Shown here one piece after another: positions 50,495 through 59,778 of a stretch of DNA of 64,000 nt. Origin of the DNA: an uncultured archaeon (GTDB lineage: Archaea; Asgardarchaeota; Thorarchaeia; Thorarchaeales; CAZPUN01); contig CAZPUN010000023.1 in the NCBI GenBank assembly GCA_964589775.1, forward strand, positions 2,135 through 66,134, given 5' to 3'. A program made the translations under genes and the position numbers. Every line of letters starts with the position of its first letter. The stretch's first letter is position 1. Under the pieces are notes generated by a model, which made no database searches, had not been told where the DNA came from, and saw only the letters and a program-made list of their open reading frames with translations.

Positions 50495-51590
50495 ACTCAT
50501 AGACTTTTTCAATTCTATCAACTATTTTTTCCCAATCTAAATATTTCTTCACGAATTCGAGTCGTTCTCTTTTTCTATTATCTTTAGCTTGTATTTCACT
50601 TAATATTGCTCTCGCAAAATCTTCTTCATTTAATGGTGATATTCGTACAAAATCCTTGAATATAGTTCTCACTGATGGCAAGTCTGAAGAAACGATCTTC
50701 TTACCATAAGCCAAAGCCTCAATTATTACTGTGGGTAATCCCTCGGACCTAGATGGTAAAACAAAAATTTCTGCAACATTATACAAGTATTTTAACTTAT
50801 CTTGAGAAACTCTACCCAAAAAATGTATGCGATCACTATATGGCGAACTATCTGCCAGCCGTTTTATTTTTAATGCATCTTCCCCGTTTCCTACAATATA
50901 TAAATGTGCTTTATCATCACGTTCTGCTACTATATCAAACGCACGAATTAATACGTCAACACCTTTTCGAATGATTAACGCACCCACAAATAAAATATTA
51001 TGATTTTTGGGACTTATATTGTATTGTGTATTGGTTATCTCCGTTAAATTAAGAAAATCTAAATCTATCCCGTTTGGTATTTGTACTACTTTGCTTTTTT
51101 TAACTCCAAGGTTAATTAGTCGCCATTTTTCATCAGGTGTTAACGCGATGACGACTCGTGCTTTATTTAAAACATATTGTCCAATCGTATGTGTATAAAT
51201 GGTTTCTAAAAGATCTGGAATTCTCTTACCAAATCGTAATTTTCCATGTACTGTGGTGACAATAGGTGTACTTCTAATAACTGAACCTGCCAGCATGGAA
51301 ATCATTGAATGTTCGTTATGCGTATGGACTATATCTGCCCATTTTGCCATTTGTTTAATTAATGAAATAACTCCAACTATATTTTTATATATTGGGTTCC
51401 TAAAAGGTCGCATGAACACTGGAATTTTATAGATTCCCTTTTGGGTATAATCCGCCTTCGTTGGATAATCGGATGTCAAGACTAAGACTGAATGTCCCCG
51501 TTTTCTTAAACTCTCTACAAGTCGTTTTACATAGTACTCTTGACCGCCCTGATATGGTGGATAATATGGTGCTACTTGTAATATTCTCAT
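50475..51590 (-). CDS. glycosyltransferase family 4 (GT-B)
   Basis: MRILQVAPYYPPYQGGQEYYV N-terminus and E...E C-terminal GT4 motif region. Confidence 0.8.
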   Translation of the reverse strand: MRILQVAPYYPPYQGGQEYYVKRLVESLRKRGHSVLVLTSDYPTKADYTQKGIYKIPVFMRPFRNPIYKNIVGVISLIKQMAKWADIVHTHNEHSMISMLAGSVIRSTPIVTTVHGKLRFGKRIPDLLETIYTHTIGQYVLNKARVVIALTPDEKWRLINLGVKKSKVVQIPNGIDLDFLNLTEITNTQYNISPKNHNILFVGALIIRKGVDVLIRAFDIVAERDDKAHLYIVGNGEDALKIKRLADSSPYSDRIHFLGRVSQDKLKYLYNVAEIFVLPSRSEGLPTVIIEALAYGKKIVSSDLPSVRTIFKDFVRISPLNEEDFARAILSEIQAKDNRKRERLEFVKKYLDWEKIVDRIEKVYESILEAP

Positions 51591-51604
51591 TAACTCTTAC
51601 TCCT

Positions 51605-52735
51605 TTATAGTTCCATATATAATTCAATAATTTTTCTGGCGATTTGGCTCCAGCTAAATTTCAAATCCACAATGCGCCTTGATTCATTTCCTAATTCTTG
51701 GATATTCTTATTCATGATTGTTTTTATTGCTTTCTTTAGTGCAGATATATCGTTTGGTGGTATTATGATACCATTCTTATCGCATATTGCGTCTCTTATT
51801 CCTGAAATATCTGTTGCTATTATTGGTAATCCGCTTGCCATTGCTTCAAGAACCACCAATGGTAATCCTTCTCCCAGTGAGGGCAATACAAAAATTGTTG
51901 CGCGTGCGTATATTTTTGGTAGTTCTTCCCGTTCTACTGCATTTAGAAAAATAACGTTCTTTTCTATATTTAATTTTTTTGCCAAATATTTTAATTTGTT
52001 TTCTTCAGGTCCGCCACCAACGATTACTAATGGGATATTGAGCCCTTTCATACTTTGTAATAATATATGTACACCTTTTCTATAATCTAAACGTCCGACA
52101 AATAGTATATATTCATCTGGTAGGTTTAACTTGGTTTTAGATGTTTTCTTTTTTGGATTGAAAAAATTAGTATCTACTCCATTTGGGATAAATTCTATTT
52201 TATCCTTTGGAACACTATATTCTTTTACTAATTCCTTTTTTAATGAACTACTTACTACAATTGTTTTATTTGCTCGATTGACTACTGGTATGTCTAATGC
52301 TTTTGTTGATAATTCTCTAATAAGTTGGATCAATGGATTTTTATATTTGAATACGCTGGGTAACGGATTATGTAGTGTATATACCCATTTTGTCTTATTT
52401 TTTATCGAAAAGAGTCTAGCAGATAACTTTTCATGAATGTGAGTTACATCATAATCTTGAGCTAGCTGTTGTGCAATTTCTGCAGTTCTAATTGCCGCTT
52501 TTACATTGCGTATGCCCATTTTAAAATAATCTTGTTGAAATGATATTTCTGCAGTTCCTACGGGATATACTTGAATTTTTTTAATATCAAATTTTGAGGT
52601 TACATCAGTAATGTATCCTACTGTATGCCCTAGTTTTACAAATTCTCGTGCTAAGTTATATGTGTGATTCTCAATTGCGCCTCCCTTTGGAGGTGGTACT
52701 GGAATTATACCTGTATTGACAAGTAGGATCTTCAT
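51605..52735 (-). CDS. glycosyltransferase family 4
   Basis: MKILLVNTGIIPVPPPKGGAIENHTYNLA; GT-B fold. Confidence 0.8.
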   Translation of the reverse strand: MKILLVNTGIIPVPPPKGGAIENHTYNLAREFVKLGHTVGYITDVTSKFDIKKIQVYPVGTAEISFQQDYFKMGIRNVKAAIRTAEIAQQLAQDYDVTHIHEKLSARLFSIKNKTKWVYTLHNPLPSVFKYKNPLIQLIRELSTKALDIPVVNRANKTIVVSSSLKKELVKEYSVPKDKIEFIPNGVDTNFFNPKKKTSKTKLNLPDEYILFVGRLDYRKGVHILLQSMKGLNIPLVIVGGGPEENKLKYLAKKLNIEKNVIFLNAVEREELPKIYARATIFVLPSLGEGLPLVVLEAMASGLPIIATDISGIRDAICDKNGIIIPPNDISALKKAIKTIMNKNIQELGNESRRIVDLKFSWSQIARKIIELYMEL

Positions 52736-52830
52736 TATTTTTACCTCAATATATAAACATCCATATCTCAAAAATTATTATATATGTGTTTTTTTATTTG
52801 CTTATATCTATCCATTAATTGGTGAGTGCC

Positions 52831-53964
52831 ATGCGAATCCTTTATATTTCTCAGTATTATCCTCCAGCAACTCATGGTGGAGCTGTCTGTGTAAATCATA
52901 TATTACATGAACTTTCTAAATCAAATGAAATATTGCATTTTACAGCAGAACCTTCAGGTCCCATTTTTAAGAATGTAACTACGTTATTTGGGCATGATGT
53001 TCCCGCTATTTTCCAACATAATTTATCATATTTGTTGAATATCCGGAAAATTATACAATATGCCAGAAAATTTAGACCACACGTGATACTTGCGCAGCAT
53101 CAGGTAGATCATTTGGCATCTCTAACTGCAATGGGCCTAGGGAAGTTATTGAAAATCCCTGTTGTCATACGTGCTGAAGATATTGTAAATGGAGACTTAC
53201 CTTTATCGCAATTACCTATTTTTGTGTATTGTGAATTCCTTAATGATTTAACTCTGCATTTTGCGAAAAAAGCATCTAAATTCCTTGTAGCGACAAGTGA
53301 AATAGTTGATTATTTACACATAAAGCGCGGCTTTTTGAAAAGAAAGTTAGGAGTTAGTCCAAATGGTGTATCCCTTGAAATGTTCAAAAATGTGGAGAAC
53401 CCCTATGAATATGATGGTGATCCTGTTTTTGTATTAATGGGTTCAATGGCACCTGCAGATAATGTCTTACTATTAGTGAGATCTGCTCCTGCGATACTCG
53501 AAGAATATCCAAAATCAAAGTTTGTGTTTATCGGTGAAGGTCCTGAAATTGAAAAGGCACATAATTTATCGAGAGCTCTAAATGTGGAAAAGCATTTTCT
53601 CTTTCTAGGTAAAGTTCCACATGAGCATGTTCCCCGATATTTGATTTCTGCTGATATTGGAATTGGTCCATTGAGACCTACAAATGAAAACCGTATGACT
53701 GTGCCTCTTAAGATATTGGAATATATGGCTGCCAAACTTCCAGTAATAAGTGTTCAAATATCCAAGGATGTATTGCGCAATAACGATACTGGCATAGTAA
53801 TAAATACTGCGAGTGTTGAAGAATTCACAAAGAGAATCCTATATTTATTGGATAATAAAAAAATACAAGAAAATCTTAGTACCCGCGCCTATCAGAATAT
53901 TACAAAATATGATTGGAGAAATATTGTAAAAGATTTAGAAAAAGAATTAATGAATGTATCATGA
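52831..53964 (+). CDS. glycosyltransferase family 4
   Basis: MRILYISQYYPPATHGGAV N-terminus. Confidence 0.75.
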   Translation: MRILYISQYYPPATHGGAVCVNHILHELSKSNEILHFTAEPSGPIFKNVTTLFGHDVPAIFQHNLSYLLNIRKIIQYARKFRPHVILAQHQVDHLASLTAMGLGKLLKIPVVIRAEDIVNGDLPLSQLPIFVYCEFLNDLTLHFAKKASKFLVATSEIVDYLHIKRGFLKRKLGVSPNGVSLEMFKNVENPYEYDGDPVFVLMGSMAPADNVLLLVRSAPAILEEYPKSKFVFIGEGPEIEKAHNLSRALNVEKHFLFLGKVPHEHVPRYLISADIGIGPLRPTNENRMTVPLKILEYMAAKLPVISVQISKDVLRNNDTGIVINTASVEEFTKRILYLLDNKKIQENLSTRAYQNITKYDWRNIVKDLEKELMNVS

Positions 53965-54921
53965 GTCATTGTTTTCTTTTTCAGTATTCTTATTATTTGG
54001 TTCAGTTAGCCCATCGACAAAACCAACTACTGATGCAATATCTATAATTAATGAAATTCCCATTGCCATTAGTATGGGTTTTGGCTTCAGCATTTGTGGT
54101 GGCATTTTTGGTACTGTTCTTACAAGCAAGTATAATGGGAATCCCATTGCTAAGAAGAACCATGCAACTGGATCATTAAAGCCCGCAATTGCTAGTGCTA
54201 AACCACTCAAGAATACTGCTATTTGTTTCAAGTGTATGTGTAATAGGGTTCTTGCACGAGCATTTCCAACAGCATATCCGTAGAATTGTTTGTATAACTC
54301 TTTTGTATTTTTACGTACCTGCCAGAAAACAATTGCATCTGGTGCAAAGACAAATTTCATATTGGCTTTCTTTAACCTTATGTCAAATAAAGTATCTTCT
54401 CCAGTCGCTAAATATTCTGGATACCCGCCAACTTGCTCCCATGCGGATTTTTTAAATGCAATTGATCTGCTTGATGGCAAATATTCTTCCGGGTTAATTC
54501 TTTCTAATTTTGGATATGTTAGATTAGCTACAGTTTCTTGAAATAGGTTGGTTGCAGCTTCTTTATAAAATCCTGCCACAACATCAACTGTGGGGTCTTC
54601 ATAAAATGGTTTTGTTATATTTTCTAACCAGTGTGGATCTAACCAACAACCGCCATCAGTAACTGCAATGATTTCATTTTTCGCTTCTTTAATTGCAATG
54701 TTTCTACCCTGAGCTATGTTTGTTCCTTTTCTGACCAATAATTTAATGTATGGATATTTTTCTGTATATTTTTTGATTTTTTCAACTGTTCGGTCTCTTG
54801 AACCACCATCTACAATAATAACTTCATCAGGCTTTTTTGTCTGAGCTAGTATTGACTCTATTGTTTTTTCGATGGTGTCTTCTTCGTTTAATATTGTCAT
54901 CACTAGACTTACATCTGACAT
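53959..54921 (-). CDS. glycosyltransferase family 2 (GT-A) with C-terminal TM segments
   Basis: SLVMTILNEEDTIEKTIESILAQT...VIIVDGGSRD DxD-type GT2 signature. Confidence 0.8.
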   Translation of the reverse strand: MSDVSLVMTILNEEDTIEKTIESILAQTKKPDEVIIVDGGSRDRTVEKIKKYTEKYPYIKLLVRKGTNIAQGRNIAIKEAKNEIIAVTDGGCWLDPHWLENITKPFYEDPTVDVVAGFYKEAATNLFQETVANLTYPKLERINPEEYLPSSRSIAFKKSAWEQVGGYPEYLATGEDTLFDIRLKKANMKFVFAPDAIVFWQVRKNTKELYKQFYGYAVGNARARTLLHIHLKQIAVFLSGLALAIAGFNDPVAWFFLAMGFPLYLLVRTVPKMPPQMLKPKPILMAMGISLIIDIASVVGFVDGLTEPNNKNTEKENNDS

Positions 54922-55420
54922 TCTAAGGTCGCTCCTTGTTCCTTTTGATTTAAATAGAAGAAACATCTATTAACAGTGTTTATATTTTGCTTATAAATTT
55001 TCACGTTAATATATCATTTTTTATATCTTTATATCTATTTTTTAGATTTATTCGGTAAATATTTTATACTTTTGTGATGATTACAATGTTTAGTGGGCTT
55101 TTTATGTTATGTTTGTAAGATTAATTACGTGATTTTTAATTTATACTTTTTATAATAGCGCCAAAAATCATTTTTAATAAATTTTTGATTACAAAATGTA
55201 TCTTATTATTTTATTATCTGCTATTTTATTTTTTAATTTTCTTTATATTGTATATATTTATTCAATGCTTACTATCTGCATATTATTTCGTTCTAAAACT
55301 GACATTTTATTAATGAATGCGAACGCCAAAACGAAAGATTTAATGATATGAACAACAATCTTTTAACTAAAAAGAAACACAATTTGATTGTGTAATAAAA
55401 AAACACGGGGAACGCGGACT

Positions 55421-55690
55421 ATGGAAATATTGGAACTCATACAAATTGGGTTCATGGTACTTACAGTAGTGTTCGTCATAGTTGCCCTTGAATATAAAGA
55501 CATAATATATTCGTTAGTTGCCTTTGCAGCGGCTAATGCCTCACTGGGTATATTGTTCTTATTCCTGGGTGTTGTATTTGTAGCATTAATTCAATTCAGT
55601 GTGTTTGCAGTTGCAATCGTTGTACTTGCTTTGGCAACATTAGGTATGATCGGAAATCATGACGAACGATTTGATGAACCCAGAAAATAA
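55421..55690 (+). CDS. small membrane subunit, NuoJ N-terminal-half/MbhD-like (Mrp-type module)
   Basis: Three TM helices; IQFSVFAVAIVVL resembles the NuoJ core. First gene after a ~450-bp AT-rich spacer. Confidence 0.4.
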   Translation: MEILELIQIGFMVLTVVFVIVALEYKDIIYSLVAFAAANASLGILFLFLGVVFVALIQFSVFAVAIVVLALATLGMIGNHDERFDEPRK

Positions 55691-55705
55691 GAGGTGACTA
55701 GGCTA

Positions 55706-55990
55706 ATGAAATATAAAATTGTGTCTGCCATATTATGTATTTTGATCCTAATACTGATATTGCCAGTTATACTTAATTTTCCGCTTTTTCAATTAGGATC
55801 GCCAGTAACGACCATACCTGTAGAAAATTTTGGTCAAATTGGTCATTTACTGGGTGAGTATCTTTGGACATATCGCGCTCCAGATGTGATTGCACAAGCT
55901 TTTATTATATTTGCAGCATCATGGGGCATTTCTGCACTATTTAGAGGTTCTGAGGAGGATTCAACATGTCAATGTTCAACTTCTACTTAA
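55706..55990 (+). CDS. small membrane subunit, MbhE/MrpB-like
   Basis: gaggtga RBS then MKYKIVS...; two TM segments plus a soluble tail; position equivalent to the second NuoJ-like piece in Mbh clusters. Confidence 0.35.
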   Translation: MKYKIVSAILCILILILILPVILNFPLFQLGSPVTTIPVENFGQIGHLLGEYLWTYRAPDVIAQAFIIFAASWGISALFRGSEEDSTCQCSTST

Positions 55991-56289
55991 TTACTGCAGC
56001 TGTTTTGTACTTTCTAGGTTTCTATGGTCTAGCGAGTACAAAAAACATGATAAAAATTGTAATATCTCTGGAAGTACTCGTTATGGCTGTAAATCTGAAT
56101 TTCATAACATTTGCAGCATTTGCTAATGGTGGTGTTGTTGGACTTGTGGATCCATTTGTACAGACCTTCGTTGTGATCTCTATTTTCATCGGTGGTGCAA
56201 TAGCTGCAATAGCATTATCTCTGATTTGGAACGCTTACAAGCATTATGGCACACTAGATGTTAGAGAGTTGAGCAGATTGAAAGAATAG
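55966..56289 (+). CDS. NuoK/MrpC-like subunit
   Basis: 107 aa; three TM helices; LEVLVMAVNLNFITFAAF pattern of the NuoK/MnhC family. Confidence 0.7.
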   Translation: MSMFNFYLITAAVLYFLGFYGLASTKNMIKIVISLEVLVMAVNLNFITFAAFANGGVVGLVDPFVQTFVVISIFIGGAIAAIALSLIWNAYKHYGTLDVRELSRLKE

Positions 56290-56301
56290 GGAGGCTAGGT
56301 T

Positions 56302-58248
56302 ATGATTGAAGGTGCACCATATTTAGTATTTGTAATTCCGTTACTTGGCGCGCTCATTACTCCCCTTACTGCAAAAATTCATCCCAAGGTACGAGACTTT
56401 ACTGCAGTTATTCTTGTATTTTTGTCTGGTGTAATGGCATTATCCATGCTTCCAGATGTACTTGCAGGATACACTGGCGAAATATCTGTACTTTGGATGC
56501 GAATATCCCCTACTGTAGTAATTGAAGCGGGAGTTATCGTTGATCCATTAAGCGTATTTCTAGCATTAATTGCAACATGCATCGGCGCGCTCATTATGCT
56601 TTACAGTTTAGGTTATATGAAGGGCGATAAATCCTTAACCCGTTATTGGTTCTGGATGCAATTGTTTATTGGTGGAATGGTTCTGCTTGTTATGGCCAAC
56701 AACTTCCTGCAGTTATTTGTAGGATGGGAAGTTGTAGGTATGTGTTCGTATGCGCTGATTGGATTTTGGTATGATAAGACCGAACCAAGTCCTGTTCCTG
56801 ATTATCAATTCGAAGGCCAATACAACTCATATTGCGGAATGAAAGCTTTTATCGTCACACGAATTGGTGATATTGGTCTTCTCAGTGCAATATTGATTAT
56901 CTTTGCAGTTAGCGGAACCTTCAATTTTCATCAATTGGAATCTAATGGATTCGGTTGGATGACCAACCTTGTACATCTTGGTATATTGCCGATTGTACTA
57001 GTATTATTGTTTGGTGGTGCTATCGGGAAGTCTGCACAATTTCCGCTTCATGTATGGTTACCTGAAGCAATGGCAGGTCCTACTACAGTATCTGCATTAA
57101 TTCATGCGGCAGCAATGGTAAAGGCTGGTGTTTACTTAGTCGCTAGAGTTGTACCAATCTTTATGGCCGCCGCAGAAGCTGGTGTGATTGGAGTAGATGT
57201 TTTCTTTACAACAGTAGCTTGGATTGGTGCATTTACTGCATTTCTAGCAGCATCTATGGCACTTGTACAGACAGAAATTAAGAAAGTTCTAGCATACTCG
57301 ACTGTATCTCAACTAGGATACATGTTTCTTGCACTTGGAGTATCCGGATTAATTGCAGAAAGTACGGTTGCATACTTTGCGGGGTTATTCCACCTACTTA
57401 GTCACGCATTGTTCAAGGCACTCTTGTTCCTTGGTGCTGGTGCAGTTTTGCACTCAGTTCATTCTAAAGATATGCGTGATATGGGTGGTCTTCGTAAAGA
57501 AATGAAGATTACATTTGCCACATTTCTTGTAGGTGCCTTCTCTCTCAGTGGAATTCCTCCATTTATGGGATTCTTCAGTAAGGAATTGATCCTTGATGCA
57601 CTATGGGAAAGTGGTCACACAATATTATTCTTGATCGCTGTAATCACTGCATTGTTTACAGTATTCTATTCATTCAGGATGGTCGGTCTTACATTCTTTG
57701 GTGAAAAGAGTGAACATATCAAGAAAATGGAAGCTGAAGGCAAGCATATACACGAAGCTCCTGCTGTAATGTGGATCCCCCTTGTAATTCTTGCCGGTTT
57801 CAGTGTGATTGGTGGATTCTTACAACCCAATATTGTACAGTATTTCCACCTTGAGCATGCCAGTGAAATTCCATTCCTACAAATTGGCATTCCTACATTG
57901 GCAACTGCATTGGTTGTGATCGGTGGTTTAGTTCCTGCATGGTGGCTGTACATTGCTAGAAAGAGTGATCCTGCAAAATTCACAATTAAACCAATTCAAA
58001 CATTCTTAGTCAACAGATGGTATATCGATGCATTCTACAAGAAAGTGTTTGTAGGTGGAACATTAAAGATCGCCTCTGGAATTAATTATCTTGAGAAGCA
58101 GTTTAACAGGCTCAATGTTGCTGTTGGAAATGGTATGAGCCGTGTATCTAGGGGCTTTGCAAAGACACAAACAGGAATCCTAAGCGTTAATATTCTTGGA
58201 ATGCTGCTTGGGATTGTTCTATTCCTGTTGTTCTTGCTGTATCTGTAG
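56302..58248 (+). CDS. NuoL/MrpA-like antiporter subunit
   Basis: WLPEAMAGPTTVSALIHAAAMVKAGVYL motif; 648 aa with C-terminal extension. Confidence 0.8.
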   Translation: MIEGAPYLVFVIPLLGALITPLTAKIHPKVRDFTAVILVFLSGVMALSMLPDVLAGYTGEISVLWMRISPTVVIEAGVIVDPLSVFLALIATCIGALIMLYSLGYMKGDKSLTRYWFWMQLFIGGMVLLVMANNFLQLFVGWEVVGMCSYALIGFWYDKTEPSPVPDYQFEGQYNSYCGMKAFIVTRIGDIGLLSAILIIFAVSGTFNFHQLESNGFGWMTNLVHLGILPIVLVLLFGGAIGKSAQFPLHVWLPEAMAGPTTVSALIHAAAMVKAGVYLVARVVPIFMAAAEAGVIGVDVFFTTVAWIGAFTAFLAASMALVQTEIKKVLAYSTVSQLGYMFLALGVSGLIAESTVAYFAGLFHLLSHALFKALLFLGAGAVLHSVHSKDMRDMGGLRKEMKITFATFLVGAFSLSGIPPFMGFFSKELILDALWESGHTILFLIAVITALFTVFYSFRMVGLTFFGEKSEHIKKMEAEGKHIHEAPAVMWIPLVILAGFSVIGGFLQPNIVQYFHLEHASEIPFLQIGIPTLATALVVIGGLVPAWWLYIARKSDPAKFTIKPIQTFLVNRWYIDAFYKKVFVGGTLKIASGINYLEKQFNRLNVAVGNGMSRVSRGFAKTQTGILSVNILGMLLGIVLFLLFLLYL

Positions 58249-58259
58249 GAGGTGCAGAG

Positions 58260-59774
58260 ATGGTTCTATTTAACATACCCATTATTTCACAATATCCTTT
58301 GATGATTACTATTGCGTTACTGGTACTCGGTGCCATTCTTGCTGCGGTAAGCGGACGGAAATCCTCAAAGAGTGCAGCATCGGTTTCAGCACTATTTATA
58401 CTATTTGCGTTAATTATCAATTTCATACTGTTATATGATATATTGCAAGACCCCCAGACCGGATTTCTTAGCGGCCCATATCCGTGGCTAAGTATTTTCG
58501 ATGTAAATCTTGGCTTCTGGGCTGATGGCTTAAGTTTGCCTATAGTGGTTATGATTCTTGGTCTTAGCTTTGTTGCAATACTTTACAGTCATATATTCAT
58601 GAAGGAAATGAAGCGTCCTCAGACTTATTATAGTTTGATGATGCTCTTCATTGCAGCAATGATCGGAACATTATACTCTACAAACTTGTTGCAATTTTTC
58701 GCATTCTATGAATTCATGCTCTTTCCAAGTACTGCAATATTGATCTGGTATGGTACATCCGAGAATTATGAAGAACGTAAAAAGAATGGTTTGAAGTTCT
58801 TTGTTTGGACCAATTTTGGTGCATTAGCCTTAATGGTTGGATTAGCTGCAATCATTCTTGTTACGGGTTCTACAGACTTACTTTCTATTGCATGGAGTCT
58901 CGGTACAGTTCCCGCAAATCTTATGGGTCTTGTACAAATTGGAGCATTACTAATTGTTCTCGGATTTGGTGTAAAGATGGCAATATTCCCACTCCATATG
59001 TGGGCACCCACAACGTACAAAGAAGCACCATTACCGTTACTATTGCTTCTAAGTGCTGCAATGACAAAAACTGCAGCTTATGGAATTGCACGTATTGCTA
59101 TTCCATTATTTGCACCAAACTTGGTATCATATACTAATGGATTACTTGTAGTTTCATTAATTACAATGTATTATGGTGCTCTGGCAGCATTAGCGCAAAA
59201 GGACCTCAAAATGATGTTGGCTTACTCATCAATTTCTCAACTTGGGTATCTAATGTACGGTTATGCTACATTGAATATCTATGGTGTTGAAGGTGGTGTA
59301 TTCCACATACTCAATCATGGTCTTTTGATGGGTATTATGTTTGTAGCTGCTGGAGTCATAAAAATGCAGACTGGAACACTTGAGTTTGATAAACTCGGTG
59401 GATTAGCAAAGAAAATGCCAGTTACTGCAGTAGCATTTGTAACTGCTGCATTAGCTTTAGCCGGAACTCCCCCATTAAACGCATTCGCAAGTGAGTGGCT
59501 TATCTTTGAAGGGAGTGCTGCAGCAGGACACTTCTGGCTAACAGTATTTGCTATTATCGCAACTGGTCTGACCGCTGGATATTATCTATGGGCTGTCCGC
59601 CGTATATTCTTTGGTGTAGTTCCAGATGAGCTATCTGATGTCACTGATGGTCCCAAGCCATTATTATACGCTATGTTAATACTGACAGCTGTGATTGTGC
59701 TGATCGGTATCTTTCCGAACAGCATATTACACTACATACAGCCGTTTCTAACGGCTATTGTCGGAGGAGGTTAA
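58260..59774 (+). CDS. NuoM/MrpD-like antiporter subunit
   Basis: 504-aa polytopic protein of the NuoM/N/MrpD family (PLHMWAPTTYKEAPLP). Confidence 0.8.
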   Translation: MVLFNIPIISQYPLMITIALLVLGAILAAVSGRKSSKSAASVSALFILFALIINFILLYDILQDPQTGFLSGPYPWLSIFDVNLGFWADGLSLPIVVMILGLSFVAILYSHIFMKEMKRPQTYYSLMMLFIAAMIGTLYSTNLLQFFAFYEFMLFPSTAILIWYGTSENYEERKKNGLKFFVWTNFGALALMVGLAAIILVTGSTDLLSIAWSLGTVPANLMGLVQIGALLIVLGFGVKMAIFPLHMWAPTTYKEAPLPLLLLLSAAMTKTAAYGIARIAIPLFAPNLVSYTNGLLVVSLITMYYGALAALAQKDLKMMLAYSSISQLGYLMYGYATLNIYGVEGGVFHILNHGLLMGIMFVAAGVIKMQTGTLEFDKLGGLAKKMPVTAVAFVTAALALAGTPPLNAFASEWLIFEGSAAAGHFWLTVFAIIATGLTAGYYLWAVRRIFFGVVPDELSDVTDGPKPLLYAMLILTAVIVLIGIFPNSILHYIQPFLTAIVGGG

Positions 59775-59778
59775 ATAA

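Noticed and set aside
51672-52436. Plus-strand ORFs (137 and 101 aa) within the GT4 gene region
   Set aside because: Antisense to a glycosyltransferase with clear family signatures.
54967-55420. Checked the very AT-rich 450-bp spacer for a CRISPR array, tRNA or IS terminal inverted repeats
   Set aside because: No regularly spaced repeats, no tRNA-like cloverleaf and no terminal inverted repeats found by eye. Treated as promoter or spacer, and mentioned in the findings only as a possible insertion boundary.
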